From the NCBI GenBank assembly GCA_002269645.1, contig NIVC01004137.1, positions 1 to 58,540 of the forward strand: a stretch of 58,540 nucleotides of DNA, given 5' to 3'. Numbering within the stretch: the first letter of the stretch is position 1; the number at the start of each line of letters is the position of its first letter. Shown here piece by piece: positions 1-11,809 of the stretch. Below the pieces are notes generated by a model. It was not told the DNA's origin, did not search any database, and was given only the letters and a program-made list of their open reading frames with translations. The position numbers and the translations under genes are program-made. The stretch is from Macrostomum lignano. Its lineage: Eukaryota.

Positions 1-257
1 TCGCTCTCATGTCCCCTCCAGCCCCACCCCCTTCTCTCCCCCAGCCCACTCTCTCCTCTTCAGCCCCATCCTCTCCTCCCCTCCAGCCTCACCCTCTCCT
101 ACCCCAGCCTCAACCTCTTCGCCCTCCAGCCCCACCCTATTTTCCTATTTCAGCCTCACCCTTTCTCGTAGCTCTGCTAATAAAATTTAATTATCCTTTT
201 CACAAGTGAAAAATAATAATTTTTCTTTTCTCTCTCAGAATGTCCTCGCACCTCTGA

Positions 258-860
258 ATGTCTTCAGAGGACCTGCGGCTGTCACTCATGGGTTACGCCG
301 ACGCTGGCGCTGCCCCCCTCTCGGCTGAGGGAGCTCAGCGCATGCTAGACAGCCTGGTCGGTTGTGGCAGCTGCGGCATCGGTCGGGCTAGCGGTGAACA
401 TCGAGAAGACGGAGGTGATGACTTACCTGCGGAGCTGCCTATCAAAATACCTGCTGGGACACCCGACGGTCATGCAGCAGCTCTACCTCGCTGCGCTGCT
501 TCACGTACCCCGGCGATCTTGTGCCCAGTGTCCAGGAGGACTTGGCGCGACGCAGGGGCCTGGCCTGGGCGGCCTTCGCTCCATCCGAGTCGTCCTGCAG
601 AACGCCGCGCTGCCAGACTGCTGCGATCACCTAGCGAGACCCTCCGCAGGCGAAGACATCAGCTGGCGGGCCACACCATCCACGCGGAGGCCTACTGTTC
701 TCAACCAGTGCAAGACGTCCTGCTGCTCACGATGCAGGGCCCCTGGCGCCGGGGCTACGGCCGGGCGAGTCGCGTCGCGGATTGCTGTTTGGATGGCGCT
801 GGGGTGATTGGCCAGCGCACGCTGTTGCCGCCTTTAGAGAGCTCGCACTGAGAGAACTGA
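258..860 (+). mobile_element. Degenerate non-LTR retrotransposon (LINE) reverse-transcriptase C-terminal fragment
   Basis: Two frames join into ...LMGYAD... followed by AAASVGLAVNIEKTEVMT and ..KYL.G, the YADD / GLxINxxKTxVM / KYLG series of LINE RTs; frameshifted and 5'-truncated. Confidence 0.75.
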
Positions 861-1444
861 TCTGACACCGCTCCCATTGTGAACTGTTACTTTTAACTCA
901 ACAATACTGGTGTGCTTGTTGTTATTTTCTCTTCAAAACAAATTGCCTATATAGCTGCGAACTGTGATGGTGCATATCGCGTACTCGCGATTCAATAGCT
1001 TATACTTATTACTGTTTTACTTATTGCCTTCCGATGTCAATGCTATTTATTGCGGTGATATTACCGCAAAATTCAAGTTCGGGTGTCATTTTTAGCTACT
1101 GCCGCTGTTCTGCATTACAATTATTATAGTACTTCGTATCTACTGACGTAACATTGTACCAAACATTTTACATTGCGTGGCGCCAAAACCAATCTTGTTG
1201 AATGCTACTAGCGTAATAGCCGTTTGAATCGCTTGAAATACATTGTAATGCCATGCTGTATTGCTTTTGACGATCTAAACGACACTGGCTAGACTTCACT
1301 GATCCATATGCTCCTCAAGCAAGGTATATATGGAAAGCAGATGAGCAGCAAACTTAGTGTTTGATTGATAGAGATATTGTATAGTTGGATCTTTGGATCA
1401 CGGATAGAATCAAGGAATCTAGATCTGGAGGCATGGAGGCATGC

Positions 1445-1930
1445 GGGGGGAGCCGCGGAAAGCAGCAGAGCTGTTGGGGGAGCGCGGAAAGCAGCGGAGC
1501 TGTTAGGGGGGAGCGGCGGAATGCAGCGGAGCTGTTGGGGGAGCGGCGGAAAGCAGCGGAGCTGTTGGTGGAAGCAGCGGAAAGCAGCGGAGCTGTTGGG
1601 GGGAGCGGCGGAAAGCAGCGGAGCTGTTGGGGGAGCGGCGGAAAGCAGCGGAGCTGTTGGTGGAAGCGGCGGAAAGCAGCGGAGCTTTGGGGGAGCGGCG
1701 GAAAGCAGCGGAGCTGTTGGGGGAGCGGCGGAAAGCAGGAGCTGTTGGGGGGAGAGGCGGAAAGCAGCGGAGCTGTTGGGGGGAGAGGCGGAAAGCAGCG
1801 GAGCTGTTGGTGGAAGCGGCGGAAAGCAGCGGAGCTGTTGGGGGAGCGGCGGAAAGCAGCGGAGCTGTTGAGGGAGCGGCGGAAAGCAGCGGAGCTGTTG
1901 GGGGGAGCGGCGGAATGCAGCGGAGCTGTT
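1445..1930. repeat. Minisatellite, ~30-31 bp unit GGAAAGCAGCGGAGCTGTTGGGGGAGCGGC
   Basis: Direct tandem copies visible; they explain the overlapping ORFs at 1354-1987. Confidence 0.95.
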
Positions 1931-3139
1931 GGTTTGATAACAGCTGACGAGGCTGACAGGCTTATTTGCATTAGAGCGATGCTATGAGAATGAATTCAGT
2001 CAGTCAGTTTAAGGCAGAATGCTGGCTCTCTGCCTCTGCCTACCCTTCAACTGAATCGAGTGAACTCGCAGTGCCGGAAGTGCCCGAAGTTGGTTCTACA
2101 TGTTGAGTGGCGAATTGGTGACGGTTTAAATGTTGCTAGGGCTACGTGTATGCGACCCGGCCGGTGCTCTACTACCTTGAATTCATGCCCGTAAAGCTCA
2201 GCCTCGATCATTAACTAATTATTTTTGTCGCGAAAGGGACTCTCAGTCTGGGGACTATGAACTCTAAACATTGGCACCTCAAGATTAGAGCGGCGGCACT
2301 CGAACCAAAATAATGTTGAAGGACTACAGAATACATGTTATCATAAAATAGAGAGCTAAATAAGTTGGCCAGCTGAAACAGTGGTTTGGTATAATGGGCT
2401 GAAACAAAGCAAATAAATTATTAAACTACTATAATACTTTAATTTTGTGATGGAAACTGATTTAGAAACAACTAAAAAGATTTTGAATAATAAGAAAAGA
2501 CAAAAAGCATAATGAAACATTTCAAGTGGAAAATGGCAAGACAGTTTTATCAAAACAGAAAACAGAAAAACAGTGACACGAACGTGAGCATGTGTATATT
2601 TTCTTTCCCTCCTCCTTTTTCATCCGGGCTGGGGACCGGCAATGGCGGAGTTAAAAGAGTTGACTAAACGCAAAGAATCACGAATTTGGTGCCCTGAAAA
2701 GGGCCGTTTTAACGTTCAGAAGGGATCACGTTTTTACAGGTCAGTGACCAAGACCTTTCCCAAACCACAACTGCACAAGTGCAGTGGCGGCGGGCCGCTG
2801 CTGCGTGTTGCCAGACTGGCCAGCGTGGCAAGGCTCGGCACCTTGCCAGCGGAACAGCGGGGAGCTGGCGCTGGAGCTGGCACAACTGGCCCCTCGCACC
2901 ATGAATTTTGCCCCCAAAAGCAGCCTGGCCTATTGCAGATTGCGTAGAAATCATTTTCTCTTGGACAATGTTTCCTACGGCACGTATTGGCCAGCAAATT
3001 TTGGCAGCAGCTTAAATGGTGCAAGGGGCACCACTCAACTTCTGCCAGCTCAGTAGCAGACTGGCGCGACAATAGACAGCCCTGGAATCATTTTGTGAAC
3101 AGAAATGATTATCCCACAAAAAATAAAAAACTAGCCAAC

Positions 3140-3290
3140 ATCTAGCCAACTCCCCACCTAGCCACCCAACTGCCCACCTAGCCACCAAACTGCCCACCTA
3201 GCCACCCAACTGCCCACCTAGCCACCCAACTGCCCACCTAGCCACCCAACTGCCCACCTAGCCACCCAACTCCCCACCTAGCCACCCTGC
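3140..3290. repeat. Minisatellite, 20 bp unit GCCACCCAACTGCCCACCTA
   Basis: About 7 tandem copies visible. Confidence 0.95.
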
Positions 3291-3876
3291 TTTGCTTTGC
3301 CTTCGGTTTTCGGCTTGCTTTTTTATCTGAGCATTCTTTAAAGCACACTTTTAGCAATGGTTGCCTTTTCAAATATCTAAGTCACTTACGTTTTCTATCA
3401 ATTTTAGCTTTGCAAGAGGCGAAGATAGAGCCGCTGCCACCGCCGACATCGCCACTGCCGACACCTCGATCCGCATCCGCCGACACCTCCGCCGCCGCCG
3501 CCGACATCTCCGCCACCGCCGCCGACATCTCCGCCACCGCCGCCGACATCCCCGCCGCCGCCGCCGCCGCTGACGCAGAAGGAGAAGCGACGGCTGCAAA
3601 CGCAGCCGGCGAGGGAGGCCCGGGCTGCCAAGCGGAAGCGCAAGGTAAACCCGCAACTTAAATACGCGCTGTGCAACTACGAGTTGTTTTCTGGCATTCT
3701 CGCAGGTCTCTGGGGGAGGGGGGGGGGCAACGCGTGCCTTGCGGAAAGTCCATACTTGTCAGTCTCTCCGATTGGCTCAGGGTACCGGACTTTCGAAAAA
3801 AAACGCAAAATACAAACCCATTGGTCATTATGAGTGATTCAACCCGGCACCTTGAAACTGACATATTCAGTTTGTA

Positions 3877-5228
3877 CTTCGGCTGTCCGGAAAGTCGCGA
3901 GAATGTATTTAAAAAACCAGTCAGAACTATCAAAAAACACGATAACAGCACTAGTTGGCAATGTAATCTCCCCTTGCATTGATTACAGCTTGGCAATGGT
4001 CAACGAGTCGCTGAACCTCTCTTTTTAAACAATCTTCGTCAAGGCTTCTTGCCCACTGCAACGCAGCTTCTCGAACTTCATTGTGGTCGCTGAATACTCG
4101 CCTGGAGAGATCATTCTTCATCCAACTGAACAAAAAACGGTCGCACAGATTGAAGTCTGGGCTGTAGGGACTCTGAAACACCAGCTGAACTCCACGGGAC
4201 TCCATGTACTGCTGCACAGAACGGGCTACGTGAGGTCGCGCATTGTCCCACTGCCAAAGAACATCCGACAGGTGAATTGGCTTTGACCTCAGAGTACGCC
4301 ATAGGTCTCCCGTGTGCCGAATGAATTCAACTATGCCATCTGCATCAACAGTTTGCTTCGGGGCTGTGGATTTAATGGAGAAGCGCTTGCTTGGAGTGAA
4401 AGCAACCAGAAGCATTGTCTTTGCATTCCCGACCGAGTGCCTGACAACCTGGGGCCGATGATCTCCTTGGCCAAGCCAGCACCTGTTGTTTTGCTTTGTG
4501 CCAGTGTTGTTCAGGTACACCCACGTCTCATCTTCCACCACGTACTTGTCGCAAAAGTTTTCCACCCCCTCGTTGTAAAAAAGCCTGCGGATTTGCTTGG
4601 CACAATTGATGCGAGCAGTCTTGTTCTCCTCGGATAGAGCATGAGGAACCCAGACGGCAGAAACGTTTCGAAGGTGCAAATCCTCGGTCAAAATTTCGTG
4701 CACTGTTGTTTTACCAACTTCCAAAAAGTCGGCGAGGTCTCGGACACTAACTTTTGAATCCTCTTCAACGAGAGCTCGGCAGGTTTCGATCAGTTCCGTT
4801 GTCCTTGTTGACCGTGGCCGGCCAGTCCGAGGAGCTGAGGCCAGGGGAAATGCTTCATCACGGAACTTTGAGTACCATCTGTAAACCGTTGACTGACCTG
4901 GTGCGGCATCTCCATAAACTTTAAGTAGTTCGTCATAACAACTAATAGCAGAGATTCCAAGACGGTATCTAGCGTAGGCATAAGCCTGGAAATCTTCCAT
5001 TTTGACGAACTCGCTATTAAATTTTTCAAGCTTGATCACCGCGTTGCATTGGTTATTGAGCACTTTATGCTGAGCTCGCCCCTGCCCCCAATTTTGCTGC
5101 TAGAATAACAAAAATTTTCACCATAGACATATATAAGTCTATTATTGAAATTTTATGTGTGCCATGTCATCAGCTTGCTGCTTTCTTGCTTGACTGACAC
5201 ATTCTCACGACTTTCCGGACAGGCGAAG
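3877..5228 (-). mobile_element. Tc1/mariner DNA transposon (mariner, DD34D), full length 1352 bp
   Basis: 30-bp TIRs CTTCGGCTGTCCGGAAAGTCGCGAGAATGT (3877-3906) and its reverse complement at 5199-5228 with 2 mismatches; TA TSD at 3875-76 and 5229-30; transposase ORF inside. Confidence 0.95.
3951..5063 (-). CDS. Mariner transposase (~350-370 aa, HTH + DD34D)
   Basis: Motifs WVPHAL (WVPHEL), DETW, WQWDNARPH and YSPDFNLCD (YSPDLAPxD); 34 residues between the 2nd and 3rd Asp; no stops or frameshifts. True start is probably the MEDF methionine. Confidence 0.95.
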   Translation of the reverse strand: MLNNQCNAVIKLEKFNSEFVKMEDFQAYAYARYRLGISAISCYDELLKVYGDAAPGQSTVYRWYSKFRDEAFPLASAPRTGRPRSTRTTELIETCRALVEEDSKVSVRDLADFLEVGKTTVHEILTEDLHLRNVSAVWVPHALSEENKTARINCAKQIRRLFYNEGVENFCDKYVVEDETWVYLNNTGTKQNNRCWLGQGDHRPQVVRHSVGNAKTMLLVAFTPSKRFSIKSTAPKQTVDADGIVEFIRHTGDLWRTLRSKPIHLSDVLWQWDNARPHVARSVQQYMESRGVQLVFQSPYSPDFNLCDRFLFSWMKNDLSRRVFSDHNEVREAALQWARSLDEDCLKREVQRLVDHCQAVINARGDYIAN

Positions 5229-5589
5229 TATTTCTTTTTTTATGAGGCAAACAAACCCCAAAAGCAGACTCCCAATTAGCAAGACATCAGCTTTAGCTTA
5301 TAGCAATTATGATGTAATCATATATTATGTTACAGAATTTATAATCTTTTAGTAAACCAACATTTCAGGAGTAACGACAAGGACTCGTGAGCACCACGGG
5401 CGGACGCGGCGGCAGAGGCGGCTGGAAGAAAAAAATGGACAAAAAATTTTCTGTTAAAATAACAAATAAAATAATAATTAATTTCTCTTTGACAAAACTA
5501 CTATAAACTGGCAGATAGGGTCGTTTTGCGAAGGTCCGTCGGGCTGATGTCGGCCTCTAGCACCGACGCGGCAAGGTGCTCCCTCGGGG

Positions 5590-5825
5590 TGTACCACCTC
5601 CCCCGGGGTGTACCTCCAGCGGGGTGGGCGTCCAGTGAGTGTACCTCCAGCGGGGTCCAGGTGTACCTCCAGCGGGGTGGGCCTCCAGCAAGTGTACATC
5701 CGGCAGGGTGGGCGTCCAGCGAGTGTACCTCCAGCAGGGTGGGCCTCCAGCGAGTGTACCTCCAGCGGGGTGGGCCTCCAGCGAGTGTACATCCAGCAGG
5801 GTGGGCCTCCAGCGAGTGTACATCC
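5590..5825. repeat. Minisatellite, ~31 bp unit GAGTGTACCTCCAGCGGGGTGGGCCTCCAGC
   Basis: Tandem copies visible. Confidence 0.9.
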
Positions 5826-6046
5826 GGCGAGGGATTCCCGCCCCTCCCACCAATGTCGTGTGCACGCGGTTAGTGTTGGGGGAACCCAGATGCTGACGCA
5901 GCCCTGTAAAGTGAGCCTAGGTGAGTGTGGTCATGCGATTTGGTCATTCGAGCAACTGTGCATTTGTGAAGTACAGGCGACTTGTCATTTTTTGGCTGCC
6001 TGCGTGAGCTCAATTTTTTTAGCTCTAAGATTTTTCATCTGGCGCC

Positions 6047-6316
6047 ATGTCTGATCTCGACCGGTTAACAGTAGCCCAACTGCGAGCGGCCCTAAGAGAC
6101 AATGGCCTACCGGTTTCGGGAAACAAGCAAGAGCTTATTGAGCGGCTTCAAGCTGCTCCACCACAGCCAGGCGACGCCGAAGTCCCAGATGATGCAGAAG
6201 GGGACGAAGCAGATGCTGCGATGAATCAGCTGCTGAGCGGGGAAGAATCGGATAATGTTGACACCGCCAACATCGCCCAAGTGAGCCGACTTGACAGCGA
6301 AATTATCAAGATTTAA
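6047..6316 (+). CDS. SAP-domain ORF (probably first exon, 6047-6280, of a spliced or degenerate gene)
   Basis: LDRLTVAQLRAALRDNGLPVSGNKQELIERL fits the SAP consensus (LxVxELRxxLxxRGLxxSGxKxELIxRL); CGCCATG start; candidate donor CAA|GTGAGC after 6280; acidic tail. Confidence 0.75.
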   Translation: MSDLDRLTVAQLRAALRDNGLPVSGNKQELIERLQAAPPQPGDAEVPDDAEGDEADAAMNQLLSGEESDNVDTANIAQVSRLDSEIIKI

Positions 6317-6419
6317 ATCTGTTGCTCCCGTCAGATGAGGAATCTGTTACATCAGAAGACCTGAAAAATCTTAGCCTCGTCTGAGGAATGTAAGACCTGG
6401 AGGAAACTGAACCCTACAA

Positions 6420-7140
6420 AAGGAATCTGACCCCCCACATGAGGAATCTGAACCCCCAACCTGAGGAATCTGAACCCAACTTGAGGAATCTGAACCCAAC
6501 TTGAGGAATCTGAACCCCAACCTGAGGAATCTGAACCCCCAACCAGAGGAATCTGAACCCCAACCTGAGGAATCTGAACCCCCAACCAGAGGAATCTGAA
6601 CCCTACCTGAGGAATCTGAACCCCCAATCTGAGGAATCTGAACCCCCAATCTGAGGAATCTGAACCCCCAATCTGAGGAATCTGAACCCCCAACCTGAGG
6701 AATCTGAACCCAACCTGAGGAATCTGAACCCCAACCTGAGGAATCTGAACCCTCAACCAGAGGAATCTGAACCCCAACCTGAGGAATCTGAACCCCCAAC
6801 CAGAGGAATCTGAACCCTACCTGAGGAATCTGAACCCCCAATCTGAGGAATCTGAACCCCCAATCTGAGGAATCTGAACCCTACCTGAGGAATCTGAACC
6901 CCCAACCAGAGGAATCTGAACCCCCAACCAGAGGAATCTGAACCCAACCTGAGGAATCTGAACCCCCAATCTGAGGAATCTGAACCCCCAATCTGAGGAA
7001 TCTGAACCCCCAATCTGAGGAATCTGAACCCCCAATCTGAGGAATCTGAACCCCCAATCTGAGGAATCTGAACCCCCAATCTGAGGAATCTGAACCCCCA
7101 ATCTGAGGAATCTGAACCCCCAATCTGAGGAATCTGAATT
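6420..7140. repeat. Minisatellite, ~21-22 bp unit GAGGAATCTGAACCCCCAATCT
   Basis: More than 30 tandem copies; source of the ORFs at 6352-7145. Confidence 0.95.
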
Positions 7141-7491
7141 AGCACTCGGCCCAGATTAGTGTATGCCTTAGGTATTGCCTACTAGCTCTATGAAAGTATG
7201 AAGTTGCTAAGCTGCTAAATTTAATAAGACTGAATTGGGAAAAAACTGCCGATATGTATCAAAAATTGATTAGTGAACTGTAATAAATGCTGAGAAAAAA
7301 AGATTCTTGAAGGGATCCTTTATTTCAGTTTGCTAAATATACTGAGGAGCCCGCCGAGAGGAGAACTGCAGACTGCTGAGGGGAACTGCAGATTGGCGAA
7401 AGGATCATTCATGCAGACTGCAAAGGGACAAACTGAAAACTGCTTAGGTAGTTATTTCAGACTTAATTAAGTTCTAGGCTGCTGAGGATAG

Positions 7492-8280
7492 TGGCGCCGC
7501 CGCGTCATCAACTGCCGCACCATTACGCCGCTGGCTCTGCGGTCCGACCATCGGCTGCTCATCTGCGACCTTCGGCTTCGGGACCCGCTCTACCGTCCGC
7601 CAAAGCGGCCACCGCGGCGCTACTACCGCGCGCTAAGGGACGCCGAGACGCGACGTCGCTTTGCCGGTGCCTTTGTCACTGCGCTGGGCGACAAGCGTGG
7701 AGGAGCCGAGTACGCGGAGGTGAGCGCTGCAGTTCGAGCCGCTGCGGAGCAAGCAGTCCCGCTGATGCGACCGGCCCAGCGCGGGCAGCCGGTCTGGCAG
7801 GACGACCCCGCGATCGACGAAGCGAGGGAAGATCTGGAGAGGCTCCGTCTGAGTGGGCGGCAAACTCGCGAGGCGGAGGAGGCTCTGGCGGCTGTCTACC
7901 TGCAGCGGCAGCAGTCCGCTGTCGATGACGCCATCCAAGCCGTCTCTGCCGCAGGGCCCGATGCCAGAGGGCGCGTGGCCTGGTCCGTCATCAACACTCT
8001 AACGGGGCGAAAGCGGCGCATCGCGCTCAACCTGGCAGGCGACACTCCGGATGAGCGCAGGAACAAGCTGCGCGAGTTCTTCGCCGCCATTGTCAACGCG
8101 CCGCCCCCTCCGCTTCCAGAAAATCTGAGGCTGCCGCCGGAGACGCCGTTGCCGGCGGAGGAGAGCTTCAACGTTGCCCCAGTCAGCACAGCCGACGTTG
8201 TGAAGTTCGCTCGGCAGTCGCCGGGCGGCAAAGCGCTTGGTCCGGACGAGGTGCCCACCGACATCGACACCGACACCGAC
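7492..8280 (+). mobile_element. Internal fragment of an APE-type LINE ORF2 (end of endonuclease to pre-RT region)
   Basis: One frame is open from 7492: WRRRVINCR...LRSDHRLLICDL (APE SDH motif), then AWSVINTLTGRKRR, FFAAIVN and GKALGPDEVP (K-x-x-GPDxIP motif that precedes RT). It ends in (ACCGAC)n. Confidence 0.85.
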
Positions 8281-11069
8281 ACCGATAGGGGATAAAGTTG
8301 CGGGTTGGCAGGCGGTGGATCCGAGGGATGCCAAATGCAAGATGCCATTTAAATGAGGCCGTTCCTCTACCTCAGGTAAGTGCAAATTAGCTGAATTAGC
8401 AAAGCAGCTGCTATAAAAAATTTTTATGTCCAACAAAAGAATCGTCGTGTACACCATGAAATTATTTGTCATGTCAATCATAGAAAATCGCCATTTCCAG
8501 TTGACTCTGCTGTGATTGGAATACAATCGTACCAAGAGTGTCCAACTTAAGAAGTTTCTACTCATTGGTCTAGTATATTGTAGAGAATAAACATCATACA
8601 TGTGCATTATATAGCGGCAGTATCTGAAATAAATATTTTGTAAATTCTGCATTGTCAAATATGTTCCGCTATATCACAGTCAAAACGAAACAGCATTTGC
8701 ACACCTTTTTGTAGCTAAATCAGTTTAAACAGAGATATAAAAACAGACAGTATCAGGAAAAGTCCATCAGTCTTCAGGCCTTCAAGAGGCGACCGCAACC
8801 TCGACCTAATCGTATTGATTTTATTTGCAAAAAAAAAAATCAGCTCATCACTGTCATCAGTTTGTGAAACTTTCGCAGCGTGCTGTCGAAGTACAGGATC
8901 GCCAGTCGCAGCATTCAGAGGCAGCATTCAGCACGACCCAACAGATGAAAAAAAACTGGCGAATGCGCCTCTTCAAGGTCCAGGATGGCAGATGGCCGAT
9001 ATCCGATGGCAGAGTGCAGCCAAGTCGACCGCTGGAAGCTGCGCCAGTCACGCTTCCACAGTCCATGGATGCACGACAGTGCTGTACTTGCCTTAACCAT
9101 CGAGAGTTGCTGCTGCAGCCACTTGATTCGCCTGTCGCTTTCAGGATCGCCGCTGCAGCCGCTTGATCGTTGCCTCCCACGCTTGGAATCCGCAAATCAG
9201 CTGCAGAGGTGAGAGCTCTCAGCCGCAACACCTGCTCTCTGCGCAGAACCTGGTAGCTGAAGGTTGCTCTGCCACAGCACTGGCAGCAGGCAAGTCGCAG
9301 GCTCGGCTGCAGATAGATCTTTAATTGGCTCCAGCACTGGGGGCTACATGTCGTCCGCCTCTTCATCAGTTCTCTGCACAGATTGTAGTGGGTCTATTCG
9401 AACGAGCTGAGGCAGCATCAGCTCTTGATGCGGGATGGCGTCCCAGCAAAGGCGGATGTTTTGTCCGTAGCGCTTTGTTTTAGGAGGCCTCGTCCGTAAA
9501 GTGCAAGCTCACACATGTAGGCCCCGTAATTTAATTTTTAGGGTCAATATCCGGTTCCAGTAGGCAGTAGCTGCTACCAGCGCTTCGCCAGTGTCATCTT
9601 TCGGTAATTTGCGCATTCGCAACGGATTTCCTTTCTCGGATTCTGATAGCACATAGTACAGAGCTCGTGCAAGTGGTAGCACGCAGCAGTGGTTCGAATG
9701 ACCGAATCAAAAGACATTTCTACGAGTACGAGATAGAAAAGCCAGTAACGCGCTAACTTTCATTAACTCTGACTCTTGTCCTGTTTATCCTGTTTATTAG
9801 GCTTGTATTTAAAGCACGATTTTTAGAGGCAGGGGGGTTGTGTGCACCCTGGCGAACTTTAAGCGTCATTGGCACACAACCGGCGAGAGGCATTACTGCC
9901 CATTCCGCCGACTCCCCTGAGCAGGCATACATGACAAGCGCGCGGATACGTTACGCAGGCACACACCCACACAGGAGTGTACACCGGCCCTAACTTTATT
10001 TTATCGTTAGGCATGTACACTTCACTGCACCTTGGGGGGTTGGCTCTCAAGGCCATTAATTGCACGAGCCAGAGAGTTCTAAGAAACCAGAAAATCTAAA
10101 ATCCCAAAATTCCAAACTTTGAAATTTCGAAATTAAAAAAACAGAGGAACTCAGGCCTTACCCGCTGCCATTTAGCACCAGTTTTCACAGTGCCGGATGC
10201 AGTCGACAAACGCTGCGGCGGCAGCTGGAGCTGTTCTATAAACTGCAGGACTTTGTATACATCGGAAATCGATACAAATTTTAGCACCAAAATGAACCAT
10301 TAAAAGCGGTTTGACTGGCTTTGAGTCTTGACAAGAGATTGCTTGTTTGTTGAATATTTTAGTGTAAAAAGTGGCGTAAACTTCCAAAATTAACCAATAT
10401 AAATCGAAGCAAATGAACAAAAAATAAATTTTATTAACAACTTTAAAAGCAAGCAAAAATACCTTGAAATTAAATTGAATGAACTTACAAATGAACTATC
10501 ATACGAATATTATACGTACGCACAAAGCAGACACAAACAAAACACATTCTTTGTTAATTTGTTTTTGCACCACTCACAAATCGAATGTGGGTGGTGCATT
10601 GAGGTACGATGAACTTAGTATAGAAGAATACGAGCTAAGGAAAGCATACCGCAATGTTTTATGCACGACTTAGACTTGATTGATCAGTGGCTTAATTTTG
10701 TTCTATTAATTCTGCACTACTCAAAAAAGCACTCCAGGGTTCGATATTGCACCAAATTTTGTCCCTGGAGTCTCGGAGGGGCTCCTCTCGTGACCGAGGT
10801 GCACTTATCTCCGAGCACTGCCACCTGAAACCCGCCACCTGCAGGCACGGTGGACAGCGGCTATGCTAATTTCTCATATATCTCTATTCATCTAATTTTG
10901 AGAAACTTTGAAGTTTTTTGTCACAAAACCTAATGGAAATGAGAATGGAACCTACGGAATCTGCCAATTTTACTACAGAATCTGCGAAGTTGAACAACAG
11001 AATCTGCCAATTTCACTTGCTCCAACGAACCCCCCACCCCAAAAAAGCTTAAAAACGTTTTAACACTTG

Positions 11070-11809
11070 TTAATTATTATTTTATTTGTAATTTTTAACA
11101 GAAAATTAAACAACGAAATTGTTTTCCTTGGAAGAAGCAAAGCACAATTAGAGGCTCTGGCTAGTCAGCGTTGGCCTTCTCAGCGCGGAAAGTGCCTTGC
11201 ATCCGCCGCTGTCCTAGTCGTTACTCCTGAAATGTTGGTTTACTAAAAGATTATACATTCTGTAACATCATATATGATTACATCATAATTGCTATAAGCT
11301 AAAGCTGATGTCTTGCTAATTGGGAGTCTGCTTTTGGGGTTTGTTTGCCTCATAAAAAAAGAAATACAAACTGAATTTGTCAGTTTCCAGGTGCCGGGTT
11401 GAATCACTCATAATGACCAATGGGTTTGTATTTTGCGTTTTTTTCGAATGTCCGGTACCCTGAGCCAATCGGAGAGACTGACAAGTATGGAATTTCCGCA
11501 AGGCACGCGTTGCCCCCCCCCCAGAGACCTGCGAGAATGCCAGAAAACAACTTGTAGTTGCATGCACAGCGCGTATTTAAGTTGCGGGTTTACCTTGCGC
11601 TTCCGCTTAGCAGCCCGGGCCTCCCTCGCCGGCTGCGTTTGCAACGCTCGCCGCTGCTTGAGTGTCAGCGGCGGCGGCCGCGGGGGTGTCGGCGGATGCG
11701 GCAGCGGAGGTGTCGGCGGATGTGGCGGCGGGGGTGTCGGCAGATGCGGCGGCGGAGGTGTCGGCGGATGCGGCGTCGACAGCAGCGATTTCGTTCACCA
11801 GTGCTTGCG
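11070..11809 (-). repeat. Right, uninterrupted (mariner-free) inverted copy of the 3408-5480 segment
   Basis: Reverse complement reads ...CAGTTTG TA TTTCTTTTTTTATGAGG with a single TA (11365-66) where the left copy carries the mariner. Confidence 0.9.

Larger units (their letters stand above)
3408..5480 (+). repeat. Left copy of a ~0.7 kb duplicated segment (interrupted by the mariner); inverted copy at ~11070-11809
   Basis: 3473-3876 and 5229-5384 match the reverse complement of ~11210-11775. A further block (AATTTTCTGTTAAAA..ACAAATAAAATAATAATTAA) matches at ~5445-5480 and ~11070-11107. Confidence 0.9.

Noticed and set aside
2642-2947. 101-aa ORF as upstream exon of the left duplicated exon
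   Set aside because: Good ATG context, but I found no phase-1 donor to join 3408 and no recognisable homology; left unresolved.
9670-9705. GTTCGAAT B-box-like word (tRNA/SINE?)
   Set aside because: No cloverleaf or properly spaced A box.
8700-9800. GC-richer stretch with several overlapping ORFs (possible decayed gene or transposase)
   Set aside because: No recognisable motif, and stops occur in all frames.
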